A stretch of DNA of 64,000 nt from Callorhinchus milii (GCF_018977255.1 NW_024704743.1:28708001-28772000); one strand, 5' to 3'; counted from the first letter of the stretch, positions 52,187 through 64,000 are shown. Notes: generated by a model not told the origin, from the sequence alone. Program-made: numbers and translations.

Positions 52187-52940
52187 AATAATAATAATCT
52201 TTGCGTTTAATATAGCGCCTTATCGTGTATTCTAGACATTTCAAAGCGCTTCACAGAATATACTGTAAAGCGAAATGCCCACAAAACGTAGTAAATAAGG
52301 TAACGATCCGATGACACTGTTGAAAAAATCCCCCAGACAACAACAAATTACATTTGTATGGTACCGTTCAAGTCAGGAGGACGTCCCAAAGCGCAGACAA
52401 ATAAAATTGGTCTCTCACTCCATGGCTCTGGGACATTACTGTGAGCAAACTTGTTGCTGTGTTTTGCCCACAAAATACACAATCAATCGACTAAGCAGTA
52501 TATCCTGTGAAGCACTTTAAGAATCTTATCGAAATTATAAGGTGCTATATCAAATGCAAGGGTTATAAATATTAAGATATTTGCATTTGATGTATTGCCT
52601 ATCACATTGACATGTCTCAAAACAGTTCAAAGCTTTTTTTTACTGTAGGGTGTAGTAACTATATATTTTGCAGACAAATGTGGCAGACATTATGTGTACA
52701 ACAAGACATTGGCTAGGATGATTGTTGGCCAGAACACTGGGAGAAACTCCCTTCTCTTTTTGAATAGTACCATGGGATCTTTAACGTCCACCTAAACAAT
52801 GGGACCTTGGTTTAACATCTCAATCGCGGGATAGCATTTCTGGCACTGGAATCAGTCTAGACTGTGAGTTCCAAGTGCTGGCATGGGGTTTAAACCTACG
52901 TTCTTCTGACTCAGCGATGAAAGTGTTGCCAAATGAGACG
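52187..52940. mobile_element. Pile-up of SINE/L2 tails and a minus-strand family B SINE (52575-52940)
   Basis: Four tail motifs in alternating orientation within 750 bp. Confidence 0.8.
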
Positions 52941-53639
52941 GGATAAGTACCTGGCACAGTATCACATCAACCTGTATAGATGGTCACTTGACCTTCCAGA
53001 GCTGATGTGGAACCTCAACCCTACAACTGGGCTCTCACTCACTACTGCACTGGCGAAGTACCTGAGCCAAGTACCCCATTATCTGTCTGCTCTGTGGTCC
53101 TAGGGTTACCTTCTAATGTGGATGGCCTGTTTCTGTGCTGACATGTTCTATGTAATTATTTCATAAGAAAACTAAATTAACGGCTTAGGCTTCAAGCACT
53201 TCATTATCACTATAGTTAATTTATGAATAATCTGATATGGCACCAAAGATAAGGATTGAGTTTCAAATCAAGATCCTGCTCAATTTGACTTGTAGCCCCC
53301 AAACTGAGCAGATATTATCTTAAGGTGTAAACATCAATCTCACCAAACAATTTACCATGAAACAAGATAACAACTTACACATATAAACTGGTGTGGGATA
53401 TTGTTTCACACCATTTCACAGAGACAGCGTGGGAACCGAAGTAAAGTGGTAAGTTAGGGCAGATTGGAGGGAGGTGACTAAAAACACAAAGAGATAGGTT
53501 TTGAAAGCTCAAAGGGAGGGGGGGTGGGAGGCAGAGGAATTTGGGGACAGAGTTTCAGAGATCGGGGCATATTTAATCAACAGTACACGTGAGTTTGCCA
53601 TAACAGACTTAATGGACCAAATAACCAGTTTCAGGGCTC

Positions 53640-53932
53640 TGGTCTGCTTCACGTCCCCACATCACCTGCCCCACCATTGGCGGGCAGGCCTTCTGCCACT
53701 CTGCCCCGTCTGCAACTCCATCCCACAATCCCTCCGCCTCGCCCCCTCCCTTGCCTCAACTCAAGACCCTCCTCTTTGACTGTGCTTTCAATCATCTTCC
53801 TCCCCCCCCCTGCCCTTCCCCCGCCCCAATCCTGACCCCCAGCTCGGGTCCAAAACTCTGACTGTCCAGCGCCTTGGGACGTCCTCCCAACGTGAAAGGC
53901 GCTATACAAATGTAATTTTGCTGTTATTGTTG
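53640..53932 (+). mobile_element. L2 LINE 3' end
   Basis: tccagcgccttgggacgtcctcccaacgtgaaaggcgctatacaaatgtaa tail. Confidence 0.9.
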
Positions 53933-54544
53933 GAACATTCTATGATCTGTCATATTGTTCAACCTGAAGAAAGTACTGTCAGGTTACTGGTATATGTGCC
54001 AGCACCAGTGCTTCTGGATTCCAATGTGTCTTTGTGCATCAAAGTTGATTCTGGTCCCATTTACATCTCAGTCTTCTCAGTCTGCATCATTGATTGTTGA
54101 TAGAAATGGTCTTTAAAGCCATATTTGAGTCAGCAAAAACTTTAAAAAATGTATTAAAGATAATACGAGGTGGGCCAGTGGGATTCTCCTTGTTATGTGA
54201 GTTGATGTGGACTTGATGGCTCGAAAGGCCCCCTTCTGTGCTGTATGTTTCTAAGACTTCCAAACAACAAGGAAGAAATCAGGAAAGTAGCCTTAAAACT
54301 TTTTGGTTTGCGTAAAAAGGGTAGAAGAGAAGGAATGCTCGGATAGTATAAGATTAGTAAATATATAAAAGAGAGGGAAAAGGGAATGAGATGGAGACAG
54401 ATAAGAACAAGCGTTTAAATTATTTTATTTTACAGGTTATGTCACATTATTGAAGGCACTTCTTCTGTTGAATAGTTCTACTACGGTACTATATAATCTC
54501 CTCGTACGACACTCTTCTGCCCGGCCTCTTCGCTCAGCTAAAGT

Positions 54545-54757
54545 AGCCCTTTTCTTTGTGAATAGTGCCATGGGATCTGTAACACCACCTGAATAGGAAG
54601 ATGGTTTAACATCTCATCTGAAGAATGGCACCTCTGACAACACAGCACTGAATTAGAGTGTCAGGCTAGACTGAGAGCTCAAAGTACTGAGATGGGGCTT
54701 GAATCCATAACCTTCTGGTTCAGAGGTGAGAGTCATATCAAATGAACCATGCTGACC
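54545..54757 (-). mobile_element. Family B SINE 5' half
   Basis: gaatagtgccatgggatct...ggtttaacatctcatctgaag...aaccttctggttcagagg. Confidence 0.8.
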
Positions 54758-55198
54758 ATATATATACATTTGTATTACTATTAACCTTTAGGAGGTCTAA
54801 AAGTGGTGTGCCAGAACCCAATCATTTCAGCAATAGATATTTTCACCATTAGGCAATGCACTTAACCAGACAATGAGTGAGCTTCCTCATGGGTTTTCCA
54901 TAAACTTGCTGTAAGTCGTGAAAGTCCATGAACATTAACACGTACTCGGAACAAATCAACCATCCACTAAGAGTCACGTGTTCTGCTGGAATCGGCACAC
55001 TTCCCCTTGAGAAGTATTTTTAGCCAGTCTGTGGGAACTGGAGTTAAAGAGGCTGAAGACAAAGTATTTATAAGAATCTGCAACTTGTAGCACTGTGATC
55101 ATAATAATAAAATATGAGTAGATAGGTAATTTGATTCATAAAGACATCTTGCTTGGATTCTACTTAAATATGCACTTGTATCCGTTCTCCTTTGGAAA

Positions 55199-55369
55199 CT
55201 GGGATGGCCAACTTGCAGCCTGCACGACTATTCTACGGGTGTGGCCCGCGTGACTATTCTACAGGTGTAATGCATCCCATGTGACAATTCTATGAATGCG
55301 TAAGGTGGCTCTCGTAACTGTTCCACGCATGTGTAACGCAGCCCATGGGCTGCAAGTTTGCCATCCCTA
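55199..55369. mobile_element. hAT-like MITE
   Basis: TIRs gggatggccaacttgcagcc / ggctgcaagtttgccatccc (19/20) and internal direct repeats gactattctac(g/a)ggtgt. No clean 8-bp TSD. Confidence 0.7.
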
Positions 55370-56237
55370 CCTAAGAGGATGGAAGCTAAATGCAAATGTT
55401 GAGGAGTACTGTAATTTTCCAACATTAAATTTACCACCTGCTAGCATTAAAGAAAATACAAAAACAGCGTTCTATATGAAACTAGGAAATATTCACACGA
55501 TGCCTAATGTTGTGGTAATAAACTTCTCAAGGTTACATAATATACAACGATCAGCGATTCATTGATGAAAACCTAGTTAGGTTCTTCACAGAATTGTGAC
55601 ACCAGCAGGTCACAAAGTTTCATGTGATAATACCAAGACCATGTGGGAAGAGTGGATGTTCGTGTAGTATTGCAGATGATTACTGTACAGTTTAGCTGCT
55701 GCGGGATTTGTTTCACATCACTTATGAAATTGTTGTGGTGTTTCACTAAAGCCTATTTCCTTAATAATGAATGAAGATTGTGTCTTTCCTTACAATTATT
55801 GCTTTCAGTATCAAAAAAAGTTTTGTTGGAACATAACTTTACTTGTGCTTCCTTTACATTAGTACTGTACTAGATTTGCATACCCACAAAATAATGTAGG
55901 TGACTTTAAGATCAATGTAAAGCGAGAGCCTGATTTTAGCTGGACCCAATGTTTTTTCACTATCATTTAGAGGAAAATCCCCATTACAATTGATTTGTCT
56001 TGGTTATTAGGCTGACCAGAGCAATGGACTATGATTTTTTTTCTTCCGGTAAATGAGTGCAGTCTTTACAAATTAATTTGTGGATCAATAAAAGCTGAAC
56101 AAAAACCGTTTGTTATCCTGTCCCAGATATTTGTTCCACAATTTGTTTTGAAAGAAAATACTGCTCATGCAATCATCTCTGCACATTAAGTATAACTATT
56201 CTAACGATACCAACTCTGACGTCTTTTTTGTTGATTT

Positions 56238-56550
56238 TAATAATAATAATCCTTGCATTTGATATAGCGCTTTTCACATCTTCTAGACGTCTCAAAGCGC
56301 TTCACAGAATAGACTCTAAAGTGAATTAACTGTATATTTGTGGGCGAACGCGGCAGCCAATTGCGCACGCAGTGTCCCACAAACAGTCGTGGATTGAAAT
56401 GACCAATTTATTATTTTTTTTTTTCTTGAGGGATTATTATCAGGCGTGTGGAGTAAGGAAACTTGCCCAAGGATTCACCCTGCCGTGAATCGAACCCTGG
56501 TATCTCGCTTGCAAAGCGAGTGCTCTAACCACTGAGCTAAAGGACTCCAC
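56238..56550 (-). mobile_element. Family A SINE, short subfamily, CpG-intact (young)
   Basis: Complete head to (TTA)n tail; same internal junction as 8641-8958. Confidence 0.93.
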
Positions 56551-56569
56551 ATTTAAGCTATTGTACTAC

Positions 56570-56985
56570 AATAAGTTGCATTTATATAAAACACGCTTCA
56601 CATTGGGCAACGTCTCAGAGCCTTCACAGGGAAGAGATTGGACACCAAGCAACGGAGGGGGAGAGAGAGAAGTGGCCATAGACACATTCAAAGAGGTAGG
56701 ACTTGAAGCAGCACTGAAAGACGGAAAGAGGGGGTGAGGCACAGTGGTAGAGGAAAGGAATCTGGAGGTTCCTACACCAATGATGTCGTGGAATGGGCAG
56801 GGAACGCTCAGAAAGCCATAGTTAGCTGAGAGGAGGATGCAGGCGAAGGGGTTAGGTAGGAGGAGATCGGAGAGATAAGAAGATACCAGAGAGTGGGTGG
56901 GTTTGTAGGTGAGGGCTAGGACCTAAAATCGATGCACTGGGAGATAGGAAGCCAGCGCAGACTGACAATGACTGGGTGATGCGGT
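56570..56985 (-). mobile_element. Degraded L2 3' end
   Basis: caataagttgcatttatata tail and gggagataggaagccag (HWLP-region remnant). Confidence 0.7.
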
Positions 56986-57035
56986 AACAGCACCCTACAA
57001 ATTTCCTTGTGTGTTTTTTTTTAAAAAGGAGGATG

Positions 57036-57664
57036 AATTTAGCAACTTCTCATTTAGAAACAATCCACTGCGTAACAAAAGCTTAGCATTAACTTTATAA
57101 CTCTAAGGAACAAGTGAAACTAGGGCAAATCAACAGAAAATGTTAATGAACTAATTAAACTCCCTTTGGTGATATAAATCTAAAATTCTAAAAATGCTAT
57201 GCAAATGTGAATGCTACTAGTCGATCAATTTTTTTCAAACCACAGTATAATTTAAAGAAACTGTAAGGCAAAATTAGAAAGCAATTGTTTTCAAATCTTA
57301 AGGGTAACTGCGTTATTTTGTGCTACACACTGTAGCTTAAACAATAGAAACGTGCACTCAAACCCAATTTGTACAGTGCTTAAAACATGTGTAAGGAGGG
57401 AGAATACTGGTAAATAACGCATATACACATAGCAAAATACTTAGAACAATACTGACAGGACTCTTAACTATTGTTTTTGTGTTGGTAGGGATAAATTCAT
57501 TCCTGTTTTAACTCTATACATCAGGCAACATCAAATGATAAATTTAGCAACTTCTCATTTAGAAACAATCCATTGCTTAACAAAAGCTCAGCATAAACTT
57601 TATAGCTCTAAACAACAAGTGAACCTAGGGCAAATCAACAGAAAATGTTAATGAGCTAATTAAA
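57036..57664. repeat. 124-bp dispersed direct repeat pair (57036-57159 and 57541-57664)
   Basis: Ungapped alignment with 9 mismatches by hand count; 381-bp unique spacer. Confidence 0.92.
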
Positions 57665-59852
57665 AGACGAATCCGGAAACCAACAATTAGTCAGAGTTTT
57701 TTTGAGATTTCTTGGAAACAAACTAAACAAAATTTGAATTAATTTGCCTCAATCAGCCTCTCACGATCATGGGATAAGGGTGGTCATATTGGATACATGA
57801 AGAAATAAAAAGTATGCTTGTGTTATGCATGAATTTGATATTGGACCCTTGGGCAGTTTTACACAAGGTATCAAGGGCTGTATATGGTGGGTGAATGGAA
57901 TGCCAAGTGCTAAATTAGGATTGAAAAATTGTTCCTTAGAAAAGCAGTCGTGTTACAATACAATACAAAATTACATTTATATAGCGCTTTCACGTCGAGA
58001 GGATGTCCCAAGGAGCTTACACAAGTATGGCCAGCACAAAACCGTTTCGATAGGAGGAACTCCCAGGTATGTTATGCTGACCGGTGAGACCAAAGTACCT
58101 CTCACAGTGGACATCTTGCTAGCTGGCCTGGCAAAAATGGGCTTCCCTGGGAGACAGTTTACGCCGCAAAATGCTTTCTCTGATTGCCAGGTGCCAGTAT
58201 CACTTCCACTTTCCTGAGGAGTGCTTTTCCAATTCCAGTGTAGTAAAAGTAACAGCAAGACCAGCTAGTTTTAACCGCAGATGATGACAACCTCTATTTT
58301 GCAGCCAAATCATTTGCAGCCAAAAAAATGCTCCGAGTCTCTGTGCGGATTAGTTGTTGAGTTCACCTACAAAATATGCAGTCTCTAAACTTTACAGTGA
58401 AGCACACTGAGACATCCTTCCACTTGAAAGGCACTTTATGAAATGTAAGGATTATTATTATTAAAATTGCTCTCTCAACCTGATACCACACGCAGCCATT
58501 ATTGTCACACTTTGTCTTTAAAACTGAATTTACATCCAGTGCCACTAGAGGACACTAAAAACTGAGTAACCTCGTCCATTTGTGGTTGTTTTTGGTCAAC
58601 TGATTACTGTAAATAGACTCCCACACATTATTAGTTGGACCAAGTTCCTGTAACAACTTCTTTCAGAATAGATGTGCGAAAAAAAACAGTAATGCCAAAT
58701 CTCATTCACTCGGAGCCCATCAGAACTCTTCTAGAATAAAATACCACAAAAAAATGGACAGTGATGTTGTACTCAAGTTCTAGGAAGCAGAAATTTGTTT
58801 AATGTACAAAAGAGTCATAACAAAAGAGGCATCCCAGTTATTTATCAGCAAAAAAAGTACATTTGACAAACTATCTAATTTAGCCTAAAATGTACCAATA
58901 TAATTTTATATACAATGACCACTTTTCTGGGGATTTTTTTGGTTTTGTTCAAAAAGAACAAACCTCAACTTTCCTTTCATGTCTCCCCCATTCAAATTAG
59001 CTGATTTCGCAAATGAACATCCTAAATCAAACCTAATAATGAAAGGAAGTTACAAAATGTGTTTAAAAAATGTTGTTTTTGATCATGTTGAAACCCACCG
59101 TGCTCAAGAGTATCCAAACCAGTGTTAAAGTTCCATTTATGCCATCTACACGTGTACATTTCAGAGTTTGGAATGGAATATGCACTCTGTCCCTGGAGGG
59201 ACTCACCCTGCTTACTGATTTCTGGAGAATATTAGGTGTAGCTTGGCAAGAGGCAAGATCCACAGTGTGCTCTGAAGCACTGCTGCAATTTCACCAGTTA
59301 AAACCGCATAGCAAGCTTCCTGTTGCTTGGCCAGCTAGGGTCATCCTTCTGGTAGGGTTTTGACTTGCAGATTTAACAGAGGTGGGAAGAATCCCTGCTC
59401 CCAATGTTGCCCTCCAAGTCCTGCCTAAGAGACAGCCGATCTGGGCTGTCATCAGCACTGCCCTGGAAACTGCGGACCTGCTTTTCTCAGTAACCAGACT
59501 AACTTTAGATACTGGCTTTATAAAAGCATTAGATAGCGACAGTAAGAACGTTTATTCGTCAAGTTTGATCTGGTATTACAACCCCGATGCTTTTGAAGAT
59601 GGGATCAGCAAAAGTGGAATCAGCAAAATAAGGCAATGTATCTATTGCAAGTCTTGCAAACTTCTCACTCAATGGGATACTTTGAAGTGTCGCAGCAGTG
59701 GTTATATAGGTGCACAAAGTAGAAAACATATACATCCATTGATATTTCAAGACGAGTTGCCAGAGATGAGATAATTTCTGAACTCTAATACATTCAAGTA
59801 GAACCATTTTGAACTTGCTTTCTGTAATATAATTACTATTTGTATATACAAT

Positions 59853-60164
59853 ATAATAATAATAATCCTTGCATTTGATATAGCACTTTTCACGTCGGGA
59901 GGACGTCCCAAAGCGCTTCACAGAACACACTGTAAAGTGAATTGACTGTATATTTGTGGGCGAACGCGCAGCCAATTGCGCACAGCAATGTCCCACAAAC
60001 AGTCGTAGATTGAAAATGACCAATTTATTATTGTTTTTTTGGAGGGATTATTATTAGTCGTGTGGAGTAAGGAAACTTGCCCAAGGTTTTGCCCTGCCTG
60101 AAATTGAACTCAGGTCTCTCGCTTGCAAAGCGAGTGCTCTAACCACTGAGCTACAGGACTCCAC
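59853..60164 (-). mobile_element. Family A SINE, short subfamily, with an L2-identical tail stem
   Basis: Complete copy; tail contains tttcacgtcgggaggacgtcccaa as in the L2 3' ends. Confidence 0.93.
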
Positions 60165-60500
60165 AAACATAAACCTGTAATTCTGCAACATATCCAATAT
60201 ATTTTGAATTAGCAAGTGGTAGCAACACTTTTTAGCAACTAAATCAAGACACTAAAAGGAGTACATGACTCATTTTGTTTCACCTCACTGAGATAATCAA
60301 TACCGGTTCTGTTTAGAAACAAACTAAGGAATGTAAATCTTTGTAGTGTGGAATTGAAGTGAGAGTCATTCTGCCCTGCTCAGTATATAAAGTCACTACT
60401 ATTTAGAGTAATTACTGTAAAAGGTGCCTTGACAATGGGAAAGACACTATATCAAACACAAGAATTATTATTATTATTAAGTTGGTGAGAATTCCTGAAA

Positions 60501-60542
60501 TTGACAGGTGGAGCCTTAAGTTTCTGAGGCTCCACCTGTCAA
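60501..60542. repeat. Perfect 16-bp inverted repeat with 10-nt spacer
   Basis: ttgacaggtggagcct-taagtttctg-aggctccacctgtcaa. Confidence 0.95.
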
Positions 60543-61264
60543 CTGAGCTGGAAGGAGAAAGGACTGACATCAAATGAAACAGATTACAAATGCAATCAGT
60601 TTACTTTCACTGATAAGAAATCGATTAACAATTGGGAGTGTGCAGAATACAAATCCAGTGCCACTGATATTAGTAATCTATTGAATATAACTGAGATCAC
60701 AGTTGTGAGCAGGATTTCTACTTTTGGATACTTTGCCGACCAAAAACCGAAGTAAAGAGAAAGCAATAAGAAAGGTAACTAAGATGATTCCAAAATATCG
60801 ATCGGAGTTACAAGTTCAAACAGTTACATTTCTTTTGTAGCGGAAACTGGAATTAGAGGTTTAATGTCTCATTAGAAAGATGGCACCTCCAACATTACAG
60901 GACATCCCCAGCACTGCATTGGAGTGTCAGCCTGGGCTATGAGTTCAAATGCCTGAACTAGAAACTGGACTCATAAACTAGATGCTGCTGACTGAGCCAT
61001 TGGGAGTGTTAGCATTTGAATGGGTCAAATGACCTTCATTTCATTCTTATGTTCTTACAGGTTTCCACAAAAGTAAAATAATTTGACTGTAAACTGATCA
61101 TGGCTGTTCATGATATGATCAAACTGAAAAGCGAGGACACTTTAGGTACAACTTAAAATGTACAGAAATTGCATGTGATAATTAAATTAAAACACAGCAA
61201 TACATTTTAATATCAGACATCAACCAAAAATCTAGGTTAAGTATTGGAGGAGAATATTGTGTAC

Positions 61265-61406
61265 CTGTTGGCATGAGACAGTCCTTCCAGTCAAAATATC
61301 CAGCATAAATCCCAGGCTCCAGAGAACCAGCAATTGGATCTGCTTTCATCTCAATGTAAGTTTCAAACAGCGTCTGGTCCAGTTTCTTCACTGCATCAAT
61401 ACTCAT
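61265..61406 (-). CDS. EXOC2: EXOC2 (exocyst complex component 2 / Sec5) coding exon, 142 nt: [47 protein letters not shown](G)
   Basis: Peptide matches the vertebrate EXOC2 C-terminal motif [24 protein letters not shown]. Flanked by ttgcag acceptor and G|gtac donor. Ends in phase 1, matching the next exon. Confidence 0.97.
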
Positions 61407-63172
61407 CTGCAAATCATGATAATGTTAATTTAGGGAAGTCTTCTAAAGAATAAATAATAATCCTTTCATTTTGGATAAAGCCTTATCATATCGTGGAGAC
61501 ATCTCAAAGCGCTTCACAGAATATACTGCAATGTGGTGCATCTTGTGTATTCTTCGGGTGAACGTGATAGTCAATATGTGCACAACAATGACAGCGACCA
61601 CCAAAGAACATCCAAACAAAACATTAGAGATGTGGACGGGGGAGGGGAAACAAATCAAAAGTAGATGTCTGGTGTTTACGTACTGCAAAGGGGCAGTTGA
61701 TACTATACAGAACACTTTTCATTATATCAACTCAATTATGTAACCACAACCACTCAATTGCCCTTTATTAGATATCTTCAAAGTTGATCAAATTAAGGTA
61801 CATGATATTCATTCATAGAGTAATGAATCAAGACTTATTACATTTTAACCTATTCAATAAATTGCACAATATTTATTCCCACTTGCAACACAGATTAATA
61901 TTCATCATTAGAGCATGCATTTATAACACATTTTACAAAAATTGCTAGTAATAGGTTTCTGATGGGATTCCTTAAAAAAGCTTGTACGTATGTCATGCTG
62001 TTCCAAGGAAAGTCCTCTCGTACACAATTTAATTTCAAAGTTGAGTTTCCAAACATGGGTTAGCCTGACATGTTGCTGGAAGAGACCTTACCTAAGTTTT
62101 ATTATCAAGGGACCCTGTGAGAAATTGATGGGTATTCAATCCCATCAAGTCTCTTCACATGTTCAGTGCACGGCTTGGTAGTGCATCGACAATGCCCCAC
62201 ATGGTGAGTTACTCACCACAACAATTCCATTGTGAGGAGGTGTTAGATAGAAGACAGATGCTTGCCACAGCCAGTGGAGGAAGGAAAAGTGGTACAGTAC
62301 TCTGACTGATCACTGTTCGGATATTGCAAAGACCTGGAAATAAGTTGATTTCCCCCATCTCATCCCATTTACTCGTCTATGTAATACGATAAACCCTTGA
62401 GAACTCTCCTCTGGCTTAACTTATCAATACCACTTAAATCATCATATTGTCAATATCCCGGCTCCATTCATTTATGTATTTATACATTTGCCTAACTCGC
62501 CATTCCAGATAACTCATCAATGATCCCTTTTCCTTTGGAGTGACGAGTTATTAGGAGTTTACTACATGTAAATATTATTTAATTTTAAAATAAGGATAAG
62601 TCTTGCAATTAATAGTTAACTAGGGAAGGGGAGTACAGTGTAACCTGGTCTTTATACCCATGGAGATTCATTTTTCGTAAAACAACCCCTTATGCAAGTA
62701 GAATTTCTGGCTTGTACTACACACGGCAGTGGAACTGATAGTCATTCTAGCAGTGGTTTGTGATAAAACAAACTGTTGAATTAAACCACCACTTGAACCA
62801 GTGGTATGAACAAGTAAAATTGCAACCATTAGTGTAATATGCTGTAAAGGATCTGTGGTAAATGTTAAATTCCCATCTACTTTCTACTTTAAATGTATTA
62901 CATGTGCAAGTTCAAAATGGTCTTATCTGCACTGGGAAATCACTAATTCTGGTGTCCAAGTCTCACCTGTAGCAGACTATATGTTACCCGACATAGTTCC
63001 AATTTTCTCTGGTCTGCTTGGTTGAGATCAGCTAACTCAGGCCAGACCAGGATTGATTCCATAGTGCGTATAGTGCTTGGCTGCCATCCAGAGAAGATGG
63101 ATCATACCAATGTTTTACGTTTTAGTTCCTTATCAGTGAATTATTAAAAATATATTGCTTCAGTCCCAAAAG

Positions 63173-64000
63173 ATCATAGAATCATAGAATGTTACGGCAC
63201 AGAAGGAGGCCATTCGGCCCATCGAGTCTGTGCCGGCTCTTTGACAGAGCAACTGACTTTTATTAACCCCACTCACCAGCTTTCTCCCCATAACCCTGCA
63301 AACCAATCTTCCCCAGATACCGATCCAGTTCTCTCTTAAAAGCTGTTATCGAATCGGACTTCACTGCCCTTTCGGGCAGATCATTCCAAATTCTAACAAC
63401 TCGCTGAGTGAAAACATTTCTTCTAACGTCCCCTCTGCTTCTTTTGGTAGATATCTTAAGACTGTGACCACGAGTCACAGACACACCTACCAGCGGAAAC
63501 AGCTTTTCCTTATCTAGCCTGTCGAAACCTTTCATGATCTTGAAGACCTCTATCAGGTCCCCGCGTAACCTTCTCTGCTCTAATGGGAAAAGTCCTAACT
63601 TTTCCAGCCTGTCCTCATAGCTAAGGTTCCCCATTCCTGGTATCATTCTCGTGAATCTCCTCTGCACCCTTTCCAGTGCCTTAATATCCTTCCTGAGGTA
63701 AGGTGCCCAGAACTGGACGCAGTACTCCAGCTGAGGCCTAACCAGTGTTTTGTACAGATTAAGCATAACCTCTCTACTCTTATACTCTATGCCCCTACTA
63801 ATGAAGCTCAGTACACCAAATGCCCTTTTTACTGCCCTATCTACCTGCTCTGCCACCTTCAATGAATCGCTTACTTGAACGCCCAGATCTCTCTGTACGT
63901 TCACCCCCTTAAGATTGAGCTACCAAGCCTATATTGCCTCCTATCATTTTTCCTACCTAAGTGTATCACCTCGCACTTATCTACATTGAAATCCATCTGC
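63173..64000 (-). mobile_element. CR1 LINE 3' end (continues past the window edge)
   Basis: ORF 63263..63904 contains RDLGV, LYKTLVRPQLEYCVQFWAP, LERVQRRFTRMIPG and RRLRGDLIEVFKI. (TCTATGAT)n tail. Confidence 0.97.

Noticed and set aside
59382..59774. 130-aa plus-strand ORF as a nested gene
   Set aside because: Non-ATG start, no recognisable family and no supporting exon structure.
63263..63904. 213-aa ORF as a host gene
   Set aside because: It is the C-terminus of CR1 ORF2, followed by the CR1 3' UTR and tail.

Overview
Repeat-rich vertebrate genomic DNA. The SINE/LINE make-up suggests a cartilaginous fish, possibly a chimaera; this is inference only. The one recognisable protein-coding gene is the 3' end of EXOC2 (exocyst Sec5) on the minus strand: six GT-AG coding exons (61406-61265, 33127-33072, 31345-31223, 28191-28130, 26729-26670, 25608-25515) whose phases join into one frame ending in TAA. 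A ~28 kb intron separates the first two of these exons. Positions 1 to ~25,000 are 3' UTR and downstream intergenic sequence with no gene I can support. The rest is mostly 5'-truncated L2 and CR1 LINEs, two tRNA-derived SINE families with different heads but one shared L2-type 3' tail, relics of a third older SINE, short TIR elements (MITEs) and tandem repeats. The most unusual non-repeat signal is a ~1 kb CpG-retaining island in the long intron (49.6-50.7 kb). It holds four ZNF143/Staf-like motifs, two long hairpins (one pre-miRNA-like in the host-gene sense) and a phase-compatible candidate alternative last exon. I found no CRISPR arrays, rRNA or intact tRNA genes, and I cannot claim a confirmed new system. 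Repeat boundaries were read by eye and are approximate.
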